Origin: Candidatus Nanoarchaeia archaeon
GTDB taxonomy: Archaea > Nanobdellota > Nanobdellia > Woesearchaeales > GW2011-AR4
DNA length: 64,000 bases
Reading direction: 5' to 3'
Assembly (NCBI GenBank): GCA_035293285.1
Contig: DATDOM010000046.1
Coordinates: 5,982-69,981 of the forward strand
Below, one piece after another: positions 1 through 9,430 of this stretch. Both the position numbers and the translations under genes were made by a program. The notes beneath the pieces are model-generated. The model saw only the letters and a program-made list of their open reading frames with translations, was not told the DNA's origin and ran no database searches. How positions within the stretch are numbered: the first letter of the stretch is position 1; the number at the start of each line of letters is the position of its first letter.

Positions 1-877
1 CAACTGTGTTTTCCTTGAATTTTATGTCAAGCCACTCAAGCTCTGTCCTTGAAAAGTTAATCTGCTTGTCAACTCCTGCAATTTTTGCGTTTTTTCTTGA
101 GTAATCAACGAACTTGAATAAATTGTCATGCGCATATATCTCGCATTTGTCAGAAGTCTTTTTGTCAATTGCATTGAAGAACTTTTCATAATCAATTCCG
201 AGCTCAAGCTTTGTAAATGCAAACTTGTCTTTTTTAAAGTGATTAACCGCAAAACCGCTTGAATAAAACGCAGCCTCGATAGGGATTATGCCGTCGCGTG
301 AAAAGCAGTCCAAGATGGTTTCATTTTTTTTATAGCCGCTTTCGCGGATAACTGTGTAAGCTATTGTTCCGCGGATTGATGCTGGGTGCAAAAATATCTT
401 GTACCCCCTTTTGTTAAGCTCAAAGCCCGCAAAGTCAACTCCAAAGTAGCATTTTTTATCAACAACGTAAACAAAGAAGATTGTCTCGCAGTTTTTGGTG
501 TCAAGCTTTATGCCAACTTTCTTTGCGACAATTTCTGAAACTTTGGACTCGACATCAGCGCTGTTAAAATCATGCGTCCCTTCCCTTGTGCATTCAACCC
601 TGAAGCTCTTTGATTTCAAAATCCATTTTTCAAGCTTTGCCTTGTCAATAAATGAGTTTATTTCACCAAAAAAGTCCTTGAACTCAAAGCTGCCGATAAG
701 GTAGACTATTCTGTCAACTGATTGTGCTTTGTAGCAAAGAAGGCACAAATCTTCAAACTTCTTAAAGTCAAAAGAAACACACTTCTCCTCAATTTTGCAT
801 TTTGAGCCAATCATCTCCTTTATTTCAAGCGCTGCCGTTTCTTCAATGCCTTTTGACGTTATTGCTATTGCTTTCAT
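1..877 (-). CDS. THUMP-domain RNA methyltransferase (N-terminal 292 codons; C-terminus beyond window edge)
   Basis: Own translation from ATG at 875-877 (minus). The frame is open to position 1, so it is absent from the ORF track. MKAIAITSKGIEETAALEIKEMIG...FRVECTREGTHDF...KRGYKIFLHPASIRGTIAYTVIRESGY...ILDCFSRDGIIPIEAA...NAKIAGV gives a THUMP + class-I MTase layout. Confidence 0.7.
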   Translation of the reverse strand, partial: MKAIAITSKGIEETAALEIKEMIGSKCKIEEKCVSFDFKKFEDLCLLCYKAQSVDRIVYLIGSFEFKDFFGEINSFIDKAKLEKWILKSKSFRVECTREGTHDFNSADVESKVSEIVAKKVGIKLDTKNCETIFFVYVVDKKCYFGVDFAGFELNKRGYKIFLHPASIRGTIAYTVIRESGYKKNETILDCFSRDGIIPIEAAFYSSGFAVNHFKKDKFAFTKLELGIDYEKFFNAIDKKTSDKCEIYAHDNLFKFVDYSRKNAKIAGVDKQINFSRTELEWLDIKFKENTV

Positions 878-970
878 GGAGTTTATTATTTAGCTTTAAA
901 TAAAAAGCTATCTAAGCGGTATTTTATCAGAGATAATATTTTAAATTAATCTACAATATCACAAGCTAAA

Positions 971-1294
971 ATGGAATTTTATTCAGTTGAAAATGCGCAA
1001 TTGACTGTAGAGAGCTTTGTAGACAAATATTCTGTCTTTAGAAAAAAGAAGGATTTTACCCAGGGAGCCTATAATTATCTCCTGGACGATGCAGACGACA
1101 TCTGGTTTTTGGATGATTATATTGAAGATCATTACGGGACTAATGGATATTATTTCGCCCTTTTTACAGGCTCATTTATGGGAAATTTCAAGAAATATTT
1201 ATGGGGAATAAAAAGGCAGGATCGTTTGGAGGCAAGCATGGGCAGGCTCGAAGAAAAAATTCATTTGATAGGTTTGGGCAGCAGATTATATTAA
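971..1294 (+). CDS. hypothetical protein
   Basis: 107-aa ORF rich in acidic and aromatic residues, with no motif I recognise. Confidence 0.3.
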   Translation: MEFYSVENAQLTVESFVDKYSVFRKKKDFTQGAYNYLLDDADDIWFLDDYIEDHYGTNGYYFALFTGSFMGNFKKYLWGIKRQDRLEASMGRLEEKIHLIGLGSRLY

Positions 1295-1348
1295 GTAATT
1301 TTAGCTAAAAAGATACAAGAATCTTACGCCGTCAGAGCGTCCAATTTA

Positions 1349-1822
1349 TTGCCACTTTATAGTTACTATTTTAGTAAAATTTATAAACTCTTACCCCATT
1401 CCGTTATCATGGCATTAGTTTACACAACTACAAGGACAAGAACTATTCCAGTAACGCACGCCCATTTAGTAAAAAATAATGATACTTCTGGTTTGGAGGC
1501 TTTTGTATCCTCTGCTGGCGTGGAATTATCTATAAGTGGCCATACAGGACCTGAAAGTGAAGGAGTAATAGGTTCAGGAAATTACGAAAGGATTAATCAT
1601 TATAATTTTAAGGGTATAGAAGAGGCAACCATAATTCAAAAATTAGGGAGTTTAAGTCCCGAGTATGGAGTGCCTAGGCCTGCGTCCGAATATAAATATA
1701 TTTCATCCAAATATGGAGCTTCTGGAAATTATTATCGTGTTGTTTTTGATTTGGGTGCGAAACAAGAGCAAGTGGAGGCAGTATTTGAGAGATTGAATGA
1801 ATTATACCCCAAGGCATATTAG
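1349..1822 (+). CDS. hypothetical protein
   Basis: The track ORF starts at TTG; the in-frame ATG at 1409 (MALVYTTT...) is more plausible. No recognisable motif. Confidence 0.3.
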   Translation: MPLYSYYFSKIYKLLPHSVIMALVYTTTRTRTIPVTHAHLVKNNDTSGLEAFVSSAGVELSISGHTGPESEGVIGSGNYERINHYNFKGIEEATIIQKLGSLSPEYGVPRPASEYKYISSKYGASGNYYRVVFDLGAKQEQVEAVFERLNELYPKAY

Positions 1823-1877
1823 AATTACTTCTTTAAATTACAAAAATATTTATAACATCTAAAAAGAATACAAGTAC

Positions 1878-2276
1878 ATGAAAAAAATAATACTTGACAC
1901 TAACTTCCTTCTGATACCGATACAGTTCAAAGTGGACATCTTATCAGAAATAAAAAGAATCTGCGCCTTCAATTACGAGCTTTGCATTTATGAAAGCACA
2001 ATGGACGAGCTCAAGAGTATTCTGGAAAAGGGCTCAGGAAAAGACAAGAATGCCGCAAAGTTTGCATTAAAAATGGTTGAGGCAAAAGATTTTAAGAAAT
2101 TAAAGTCAGAAACTTCCTATGTCGATTCATCAATTCTTGAAAATGCGGACGAAAACACTATTGTTGCAACACTCGACATTGCATTAAAGAAAAAACTGCT
2201 TGATAAAGGCGTGTCGGTAATATTCCTAAGGCAGAAGAAATACCTCCAATATCTTCAGAGAAAGCTTTATAAATGA
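1878..2276 (+). CDS. PIN-domain protein (Fcf1/Utp24-like)
   Basis: N-terminal ILDTNFLL with later acidic residues (ESTMDEL). It sits directly upstream of rpoE', a common archaeal position. Confidence 0.6.
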   Translation: MKKIILDTNFLLIPIQFKVDILSEIKRICAFNYELCIYESTMDELKSILEKGSGKDKNAAKFALKMVEAKDFKKLKSETSYVDSSILENADENTIVATLDIALKKKLLDKGVSVIFLRQKKYLQYLQRKLYK

Positions 2277-2333
2277 AGTCTGTATCCTCAGCAGTATAGC
2301 GATTAGTTGAAATCGCCTTATATCGAGGTTTAA

Positions 2334-2945
2334 ATGTTCTATAAAGTAGAAGTAAAGGACCACATCAGGGTGCCTCCTAATCTATTCAGCTTGAAGCTGG
2401 AAGAGGCTGTAATCAAGAGAATTAAATCCAAGTATTCGGGATTCATCTCAAAGGACTTGGGCATAGTTGTGGAAGTTGCCGGCATCAAGGAAATAGGAGA
2501 AGGTGTAATAATTCCGGGAGACGGAGCATCATACTACAACGCTACATTTGAACTGTTGACTTTTCGGCCTGAAATGCAGGAAATTGTTTTAGGCAAGATA
2601 AAAGACATCGCAGAATTCGGCGCATTCATGAACATCGGCCCGATTGACGGCATGATTCACATTTCGCAGACAATGGATGACTTTGTCAGTTTCAGCAAGG
2701 ACAAAACCCTTGGTGGAAAAGACTCGAAGAGGGCATTAAAAGTAGGCGACCTTTGCAGGGCAAGAATAATCGCAGTTTCATTCAAGGATATGCTAAACCC
2801 AAAAATAGGCCTTACAATGAGGCAGCAGGGTCTTGGCAGGCTTGACTGGGCAAAAGAAGATGCCGAGACCAAGAAAGAAAAGGATGAGAAGCCTGAAGCA
2901 AAAGAAGGCAAGGAAAAAGACAAAGAAAGAAAAGGAAAAAAATAA
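2334..2945 (+). CDS. rpoE: DNA-directed RNA polymerase subunit E' (Rpo7)
   Basis: MFYKVEVKDHIRVPPNLF start, an S1-like segment (GKIKDIAEFGAFMNIGPIDGMIHISQ) and a K/E-rich tail. Confidence 0.85.
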   Translation: MFYKVEVKDHIRVPPNLFSLKLEEAVIKRIKSKYSGFISKDLGIVVEVAGIKEIGEGVIIPGDGASYYNATFELLTFRPEMQEIVLGKIKDIAEFGAFMNIGPIDGMIHISQTMDDFVSFSKDKTLGGKDSKRALKVGDLCRARIIAVSFKDMLNPKIGLTMRQQGLGRLDWAKEDAETKKEKDEKPEAKEGKEKDKERKGKK

Positions 2946-2974
2946 ATTAAAATCACAAAATAAGGTAACTCAAA

Positions 2975-3160
2975 ATGAAAAAGAAAGTCTGTAAACGATG
3001 CAAGTTGATTGTTGAAGGCAGTGAATGCCCTGCCTGCAAGACAAACCAGTTCTCATCAAGCTTTCAGGGAAGGCTTAACGTGCTTGACGCATCAAAATCA
3101 CTTATTGCAGAAAAGCTTGAAATAAAGACAAAGGGCGAGTACGCAATAAAGGTAAGGTGA
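2975..3160 (+). CDS. spt4: transcription elongation factor Spt4 / RpoE''
   Basis: 61-aa zinc ribbon (CKRC...CPAC) directly after rpoE'. Confidence 0.75.
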   Translation: MKKKVCKRCKLIVEGSECPACKTNQFSSSFQGRLNVLDASKSLIAEKLEIKTKGEYAIKVR

Positions 3161-3465
3161 ATATCATGCAGCTAAATGTAACATCAAAAACAGACGAAGC
3201 ATTAATGGGAAGGACATATGTCAAGGCAACTGTCGAATTCGACGCATCAACTCCTTCGTACAAGGATTTAAGCACTGCAATTGCTCACAATCTTAAAGCA
3301 GACGAAAAGCTTGTAGTTATCAGGCACGTTTACACTTCATTTGGCTCAAAAAAGGCAGACATAAGCGCTTATCTTTACAAAGATGAAGCAAAAAAAACAT
3401 TCATGGAGCCTAAAGTTAAAGTCAAAAAAGGCACTGGAGCAGAAGCAGCTCCTGAAAAGAAATAG
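3157..3465 (+). CDS. rps24e: 30S ribosomal protein S24e
   Basis: LMGRTYVKATVEFD...VVIRHVYTSFGSKKADISAYLY; 4-nt overlap with spt4. Confidence 0.85.
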   Translation: MNIMQLNVTSKTDEALMGRTYVKATVEFDASTPSYKDLSTAIAHNLKADEKLVVIRHVYTSFGSKKADISAYLYKDEAKKTFMEPKVKVKKGTGAEAAPEKK

Positions 3466-3491
3466 TCAAAACTAAAATTTTAATCTAAAAA

Positions 3492-3719
3492 ATGGCAGCA
3501 CCAGCAAAACCACAGGCAAAGGCAGGAGCAAAGCCGGCAGGAAAGCCAGGCAAAGCAAAGAAAGGCAGGTGGAATATTTACGAAAAGAAAGGCGACAAGC
3601 TTGAAAGAAGGACAAAGTCATGCCCAAAATGCGGCGCAGGCACTTTCATGGCAAAGCATAAAGACAGGTTTCACTGCGGGACTTGCAAATATACAGAATT
3701 CTCAACTAAACAAAACTAA
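3492..3719 (+). CDS. rps27ae: 30S ribosomal protein S27ae
   Basis: Basic N-terminus plus CPKCGAGTFMAKHKDRFHCGTCKY zinc ribbon. Confidence 0.85.
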   Translation: MAAPAKPQAKAGAKPAGKPGKAKKGRWNIYEKKGDKLERRTKSCPKCGAGTFMAKHKDRFHCGTCKYTEFSTKQN

Positions 3720-3734
3720 GATTGCACTGCCGAC

Positions 3735-4442
3735 ATGAAATATGTTTTAAGTCAAGAAATACTTGAAAAGTTTCCAACAACCCAGTTAGGGATAATTACA
3801 TTAAGAAATATAGATAATTCAAAAAACAATTCTGAGATTTTGGCACTTTTAAAAAGCGCAGAAGAATCAATAAAAGAAGTTTTCAAAGAAATAAATCCTT
3901 CAGAGCACGAAAGAATAAAATGCTGGCGAGAGGTTTATTCTGCATTCGGCGCAAAGCCAAAAAAATACAACTGCTCAATTGAGGCGATGTCAAAGCGGAT
4001 TTTAGAAAACGAGCAAATTCCTGACATAAGCGACATTGTAAACCTTTACAACTACATTTCTCTAAAGAATTTAATTTCAGCAGGCGGCGATGACTCAGAC
4101 AAAATAGAAGGAGATATTACATTAACATTGGCAAAAGGAGATGAAATTTTTACAGAGATTGGGCAGGAAGAGCCTAAAAATCCAAACCCGGGCGAGGCAA
4201 TATTCATAGATGACAAATCAGTCCTTGGAAGAAGATGGAACTGGCGCCAAAGCAACAAGACCAGAATAACAAAAGAATCAAAAAACATCAATCTCCAGCT
4301 TGAAGGAGTTTTTCCTGTAACAAAAGAAGACATTGAAGCTTCTGCTCAAGAATTGATTAGTCTTCTAAAAAAGTTTTTCAATGCAGAATGCAAGTTTTAT
4401 TTGATAAACAAAGAGAATCCTGTTGCGGAGATTATTAAATAG
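3735..4442 (+). CDS. B3/B4 tRNA-binding-domain protein (PheRS beta B3/B4-like)
   Basis: Pattern ...WREVYSAFGAKPKKY...IVNLYNYISLKNLISAGGDD...LGRRWNWRQSNKTRIT resembles the COG3382-type B3/B4 domain. Confidence 0.5.
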   Translation: MKYVLSQEILEKFPTTQLGIITLRNIDNSKNNSEILALLKSAEESIKEVFKEINPSEHERIKCWREVYSAFGAKPKKYNCSIEAMSKRILENEQIPDISDIVNLYNYISLKNLISAGGDDSDKIEGDITLTLAKGDEIFTEIGQEEPKNPNPGEAIFIDDKSVLGRRWNWRQSNKTRITKESKNINLQLEGVFPVTKEDIEASAQELISLLKKFFNAECKFYLINKENPVAEIIK

Positions 4443-4513
4443 GTGTTTCAAATACCAAATTAAAAAACTATTTTGTCTAAAATTAAATTTCTTAATAATT
4501 CATAAAATATAAA

Positions 4514-5467
4514 TTAAGGGCGAAAAATGACACTAGTCATCTGGTCTCCCCCTCCCATGGAGCTGCCATCCCAAACATCTTTTCTCAAAGAAATCTGTAC
4601 TGGCATGTTCTTATAAACCAAGGCAGAGCCTTCGATAGGGTTTCCAATCAAATAAACAGTTCCTGTCCTGTTTTTTCTTTCCACTTCACTTAAATGAGAT
4701 TGTTTTGCTGACATTAGAAAGTTTACAAGGTCGTCCTCTTTTAGTTTTAGTTCTTTATCTCCTGTAAATTTTGATTTGGCTACTGCAGCAACGCTTTGGT
4801 ACAACATCTCACTAATATATGAAAAAATTCTTCCGTTTCCTAATATATCAGAATAAATAAACAAGTCACCATTTTGGACTGCAGCTATGTAGCCTATTTG
4901 GTCACTTTCTGGTTTGCCTTTTTCTGCCAAAAATCGGATGTAATCACTAAGATCGGTTTCTCTAACAATAGATGCATAGTCATTTGTCTGGCTATGGGTT
5001 CCAAAAGCGGAGCTCGCATGGGAAACTGATTTCCAGGTTCTGTCCTGGGATATTACTCCTGACCTTGCAGATGCCGTCATTATTGTGCCTGATTTTGTAA
5101 AGATTTTGCCACTCTCTATTGGATGCATTTGTTCTGCACAATTAACAGAAATTACAATTCCTTGGGTGCGGGCTGGTAAAATTTCCGCATAATTCGCTGC
5201 CCTGTTCTGTGTCCCTCCCTCAAATATTATTCCAGATGGCACAAAAACCATATCACTTAAAAGATTGTCTATGCTGACTTCATTTCTGTGGCCTATATCA
5301 AAAACACTGAAATCCTTTTCCCCTATAACTACGTTTACTGGAATTAAATTTTCAGTAAACCTGTTATCCCCATAGACTCTTGAAAAAGCGAGATTTTTGT
5401 AAAAGTCCGTATTCCCAATTTCTAACCTACCCAATAAAGACCTTGCGTCCATAGCCATAAAAACCAC
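4514..5467 (-). CDS. hypothetical conserved protein
   Basis: 317-aa ORF with an internal FEGGTQNRAANY motif; family not confidently recognised. Confidence 0.4.
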   Translation of the reverse strand: MVFMAMDARSLLGRLEIGNTDFYKNLAFSRVYGDNRFTENLIPVNVVIGEKDFSVFDIGHRNEVSIDNLLSDMVFVPSGIIFEGGTQNRAANYAEILPARTQGIVISVNCAEQMHPIESGKIFTKSGTIMTASARSGVISQDRTWKSVSHASSAFGTHSQTNDYASIVRETDLSDYIRFLAEKGKPESDQIGYIAAVQNGDLFIYSDILGNGRIFSYISEMLYQSVAAVAKSKFTGDKELKLKEDDLVNFLMSAKQSHLSEVERKNRTGTVYLIGNPIEGSALVYKNMPVQISLRKDVWDGSSMGGGDQMTSVIFRP

Positions 5468-5530
5468 CCTCCTATAGCCAGGTAAGTCTGCCGACTATTA
5501 AAATTTTTTGTTAGCCAAACGAAAGAAAAA

Positions 5531-6424
5531 TTATTTCCCAAATTTCTGGAACACAAGCAAATCCTCGTTAGTCAACTTCTGTCCTTTCCTTATTTTTTCA
5601 TTGACTATTTCTTCCTTTGACCTTAGAATAGACTCTTCATCCATCTTTCTCTGTTCCCTTCTTTCATAATCCATCTTGTCAAGTTCATCTCGTGCCTGGT
5701 TCATGTTTTTAAGATTGCCTTTTAGAGTTGAATTTGCTTCTGAAAACTTGCTTTTGTATTCCACAAATTTTTTCAGTGCTTCTTCTTCCTGCGGCTTTAC
5801 ACTGTCAATTTCGGCTGAAAGCTTTAGAATCTGCTCGTGAAGCAATTGTCCTGCTTTTGCTTTTTCCTGAATCTGCCTGTGAATGTCATTTGCATCTTTC
5901 CTGATTTTGTCAAGCTCGCCCCTTTCCTGCCTTGATTTTCGGCTTGATGCCATCGAATCCCTTATACTGTCATAAGCCTTTCTAAGCTGCTTGATTTTTT
6001 TCATCAATGCCTGCTCCTTGTCAAAAGACATAGGCTCAGTCTCCATTTTAAACTCAAGCTGTTCCATTTGCGCCTTGAGTTTTCCAGGAGATTCCCTGAA
6101 TTCCATAGGCCTCTGAGGAGCTATTACTTCTTTTTCAGGCTGCTTGGCCTTTAGTTCCTTTGATTTTTCAGAAAGCTGCGCATTAAACGCATCTCTTTTG
6201 ACTTTAAGGTCTTTGACTTCCTGAGTTATTGCATCCCTTTGAGTCTTAAGCTCCTTTATTTTATGGATGTCTGATTTAATCTTAGTAGAAATCTCCTGCT
6301 TCTTGGAGTACCAGGATTCCTTCTCATTGTCAAGCTGGTTAAGGTTCTCCTTTAATTTGGAAACCTCGTCCCTGCTCTTTTTGAGGCCTTCAACTACCTC
6401 CTTCTTTCGTTCTTGCGATGTCAT
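5531..6424 (-). CDS. archaeal coiled-coil protein (COG1340-like)
   Basis: 297 aa of K/E/Q-rich heptad-like sequence throughout. Confidence 0.5.
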   Translation of the reverse strand: MTSQERKKEVVEGLKKSRDEVSKLKENLNQLDNEKESWYSKKQEISTKIKSDIHKIKELKTQRDAITQEVKDLKVKRDAFNAQLSEKSKELKAKQPEKEVIAPQRPMEFRESPGKLKAQMEQLEFKMETEPMSFDKEQALMKKIKQLRKAYDSIRDSMASSRKSRQERGELDKIRKDANDIHRQIQEKAKAGQLLHEQILKLSAEIDSVKPQEEEALKKFVEYKSKFSEANSTLKGNLKNMNQARDELDKMDYERREQRKMDEESILRSKEEIVNEKIRKGQKLTNEDLLVFQKFGK

Positions 6425-6458
6425 AAAAATTAAATGAAATAAAATTCATTCCCAGCAA

Positions 6459-6776
6459 TTAACCAAACAGTGCGCCAAGGCCTGCTGCTGCAGATTCTTC
6501 TGACTTCTTCTCATCAGCTGCTTTCTTAGCGTGGTCTGCTTTTGCATCATGTTTATGCTCGTGTCCGCCTGCTGCCGGAGCAGCTGCTACAACCTGAGCT
6601 ACTGATGCCTTTTCAATTGCCTCATCTATATTTACTCCTTCCAAAGCTGCTACAAGCGCCTTAGCCCTTGCCTCGTCAACTTTAACGTGAGCTGCCTCAA
6701 GCACTTTTTTCACTGAAGCTTCATCTACTTTCTGCCCTGCTTTGTGGAGCAACATTGCTGCGTATACGTATTCCAT
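6459..6776 (-). CDS. rpl12: 50S ribosomal stalk protein P1 (L12)
   Basis: [19 protein letters not shown]..., an Ala-rich hinge and a C-terminal GLGALFG. Confidence 0.9.
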   Translation of the reverse strand: MEYVYAAMLLHKAGQKVDEASVKKVLEAAHVKVDEARAKALVAALEGVNIDEAIEKASVAQVVAAAPAAGGHEHKHDAKADHAKKAADEKKSEESAAAGLGALFG

Positions 6777-6803
6777 TTTAACCTCCTAAGTTTATTTTAA
6801 GTT

Positions 6804-7157
6804 TTAATTTAATTCTTTAAGCGTTAACCCTTTAGCTTTATACGTATCTTTAAACCCACTAAATTGTGATTCATCAATATAAAAAATTAATTTTGTCCTT
6901 GAAATGTATTCCATTACTTCATCTGATTCGGGAGATAATGGCACACTACTATACCCTCTAAAGGTTTTTTGATCAACATTTAACGCGTAACCGCCGTGTC
7001 CTTCTCCAATTGAATCCACTCTTAAAACCCAACACTGGCCACTTGGTTTAATTACCACAGCTTCAAGCATGCCGAAAGTTTTACTAATTTGTCTTAATCT
7101 ATCGGAAAGACATGTTTCGTCCTTTGGGATTTTTGAATAATATATTGTTTCTGCCAT
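6804..7157 (-). CDS. hypothetical protein, paralog of 8039-8329, inserted between P0 and P1
   Basis: MAETIYYSKIPKD... shares its N-terminal YYSKIxKD block with the other insert. It starts 4 nt after the P0 stop. Confidence 0.5.
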   Translation of the reverse strand: MAETIYYSKIPKDETCLSDRLRQISKTFGMLEAVVIKPSGQCWVLRVDSIGEGHGGYALNVDQKTFRGYSSVPLSPESDEVMEYISRTKLIFYIDESQFSGFKDTYKAKGLTLKELN

Positions 7158-7161
7158 TTTA

Positions 7162-8037
7162 TTATAAGTTTCCTGCTGATTTCACGCCTGACATCTGATT
7201 ATGAGCTTTTGCTAAAAGCAATTCCATTATCCCTGTATCAAAGATATTTTGTGAAACTCCAAGTGATTTTGCGTCGTTATGAGCTTTTCCTACAAGCAAG
7301 CTGATGTTGTCTTTTGTTGGGTAAGCAATGAAGTTTGCCAAGTTAAATGCCCATCTTGAAGCGTTTGACAAGTTCTGCATGAACTGCTTTTCATCAACTG
7401 ACAAGACTTCTCTGCCATAGATTATGCCGTTTTCATAAACTGCAACAAGCCCAAGGCCAACTTCCATAGGCTGTATTCCAAGCCTTGTCAAAATCTCTGC
7501 AACCTTTGGCTTGATTTTCTCGCCTGCCTTTACAACAACAACATCTTCCTTGATTGCTATTTTCCCGCCTTCAACGCCGGCTTTTATTCCGACCATTGCA
7601 AGCTCTCCGATTATTGGGCCGGGAGCAAACGATGTTGCGCCTTTGTTTACCATGATGTCGCTTATTGCAGTTTGTCCTGCTTTTGCAAATGCAGGTGACT
7701 TGCTCTTTTGTAAAGTCCTGCTTAATTTGAAAGGATTTCCCTTTGTGAATATTAATGCAGGCATGCCGCCAAGGTGAGCTTCAATCTTCTCAATTCCTTT
7801 TTTTGAGGATTTTGTCTGTTCAATTGCAAGCTTGATTAGCCTCCTCTTTGTCATTGTAAGAACGCAGTCTTTTCTTAACTGCGCCCTCATTCCCTGTAGA
7901 GCAGAAGCTCCAAGGTTTTCCATATTGACTACTCCGATTATCGGGTATTCGTGGATTAGCTTGACAAGATTACTTACAACATCTTTCTTGTATTGCGCGA
8001 CGTGAGCTTCGTGTTTTAATTCTGTCATTTGAGTCAT
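7162..8037 (-). CDS. rpl10: 50S ribosomal protein uL10 (P0)
   Basis: 291 aa with ...YPIIGVVNMENLGASALQGMRAQLR..., positioned between L1 and P1. Confidence 0.9.
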   Translation of the reverse strand: MTQMTELKHEAHVAQYKKDVVSNLVKLIHEYPIIGVVNMENLGASALQGMRAQLRKDCVLTMTKRRLIKLAIEQTKSSKKGIEKIEAHLGGMPALIFTKGNPFKLSRTLQKSKSPAFAKAGQTAISDIMVNKGATSFAPGPIIGELAMVGIKAGVEGGKIAIKEDVVVVKAGEKIKPKVAEILTRLGIQPMEVGLGLVAVYENGIIYGREVLSVDEKQFMQNLSNASRWAFNLANFIAYPTKDNISLLVGKAHNDAKSLGVSQNIFDTGIMELLLAKAHNQMSGVKSAGNL

Positions 8038-8038
8038 T

Positions 8039-8329
8039 TTATTCTAATAGTTCCATTGTGCAATTCTTATACATATATTTCAGTGCGTGTTCTAAACCTT
8101 GTGTTTCAACATATAGCAACAAATCTGTTTCAGCTAAAGGAAATAGGCCAGGACCTTCGGCTCCGCTCAATCTACCTCCTGGGTTGGTGACGAAAGACCA
8201 AACATGATTATTTGAGCCTATTTCTACAATTTTTGAAAATTTTTTATTGTGTGTACCCATTAATTCACGAACTCGTTGGTCAATGGGAACATCCTTTTCT
8301 ATTTTCGAATAATATACCACGTTTTCCAT
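8039..8329 (-). CDS. hypothetical protein, paralog of 6804-7157, inserted between L1 and P0
   Basis: MENVVYYSKIEKD.... It starts 6 nt after the L1 stop and ends 1 nt before the P0 start. Confidence 0.5.
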   Translation of the reverse strand: MENVVYYSKIEKDVPIDQRVRELMGTHNKKFSKIVEIGSNNHVWSFVTNPGGRLSGAEGPGLFPLAETDLLLYVETQGLEHALKYMYKNCTMELLE

Positions 8330-8335
8330 TTTAGT

Positions 8336-9031
8336 TTACTTGTGTTTTTTTGATTTCTTTGCTATAGCTTCTTCGGTTTCTTCTCCAATCCTAACTGGCT
8401 TACTCATTGTAAGCTTTACCATGACGTCTTTTACGTTGTGCTTTTCATTTGGCAGAACCTGAAGAATTGAATTGTAAACTGTCATTCCGTTGTCAATCAG
8501 CTTTGCCATTTCCATATCCTCATTGCCGATTGGGCACTGGATTGCAGGGTTTAGCTTGTTTGACGCCCTGATTGTCTTTTGGAATCTTTCATAAACAACT
8601 TTTAAGTTTGCGTTTGGAGCAACTACTCCTCCTGCTTTTGGGTTTGGCATCTTTCCTCTTGGACCCAGCACCTTACCAAATACAGTAGCTACCTTTGGCA
8701 TTATGTTTGCCTGTGCAATGAAAAAATCGTGAGCAGCTGCAAGCTTCTTTATGTCTTTTTTGTCCTTGTATTTCTCAAAGTGGTCAAAAAGGATGACTGT
8801 GTCAAAGGTTCCCTTTGCCTGCGGCTCAAGCTCTGCGCCGATTAACGCGCAAGCCTTTACTTTTCTTCCTCTTGAGAATGGGAGTGTGATGAAAGTCTCT
8901 ATCTGGTGGTCCTGCTTTTTCTTGTCTAGGCCCCTTAGGTTTATGATTAAGTCAAATGTCTGCTTGAAATTTCTTTTATTAGAAGTCTCCTTTGCCTTTA
9001 TTAATGCTGCCTGTAATTGTTCTTTGTTCAT
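8336..9031 (-). CDS. rpl1: 50S ribosomal protein uL1
   Basis: ...NFKQTFDLIINLRGLD...TLPFSRGRKVKACALI...GPRGKMPNPK. Confidence 0.9.
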   Translation of the reverse strand: MNKEQLQAALIKAKETSNKRNFKQTFDLIINLRGLDKKKQDHQIETFITLPFSRGRKVKACALIGAELEPQAKGTFDTVILFDHFEKYKDKKDIKKLAAAHDFFIAQANIMPKVATVFGKVLGPRGKMPNPKAGGVVAPNANLKVVYERFQKTIRASNKLNPAIQCPIGNEDMEMAKLIDNGMTVYNSILQVLPNEKHNVKDVMVKLTMSKPVRIGEETEEAIAKKSKKHK

Positions 9032-9194
9032 TTGCTCCCTCCTACAGCGCGGTTAGACCGATGTAGTACAATGGGTGATAAAATGGTGGAAGATTACGGG
9101 GTTTTTAAATGTTTTTATTATAAAAACTTATATTATCTAATATATATTTTATATAATAGAAATGTATATATAGTGTAATACTTACATTAGTTTC

Positions 9195-9416
9195 ATGAAA
9201 GTTTTAACGTCGATGAGGTTGGATGAAAGAGTATTACAACAAATGGATTTTTTAATTGAAAGGGGGTACGCACTTAATAGGACTCACCTAATTGAAAAAT
9301 CATTGACCGTTTTTCAAAAAATGGTCGAAATGCAGCTTATTAATGAACAGCGTCAAAAGTTTGTTATAAAAGAAAAAGAGACGGAGTCTACATTATCCCT
9401 AGCTCAGTTTCTCTAA
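9195..9416 (+). CDS. ribbon-helix-helix (CopG/Arc-like) protein
   Basis: N-terminal RLDERVLQQMDFLIERGY pattern; lies directly upstream of and co-oriented with hicA. Confidence 0.5.
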   Translation: MKVLTSMRLDERVLQQMDFLIERGYALNRTHLIEKSLTVFQKMVEMQLINEQRQKFVIKEKETESTLSLAQFL

Positions 9417-9430
9417 AAAAAAGAAAAATT

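Noticed and set aside
9032-9194. L1 autoregulatory mRNA site in the L1 leader
   Set aside because: Archaeal L1 operons can be feedback-regulated through an rRNA-mimic, but I could not identify the mimic by eye in this ~75-nt leader.
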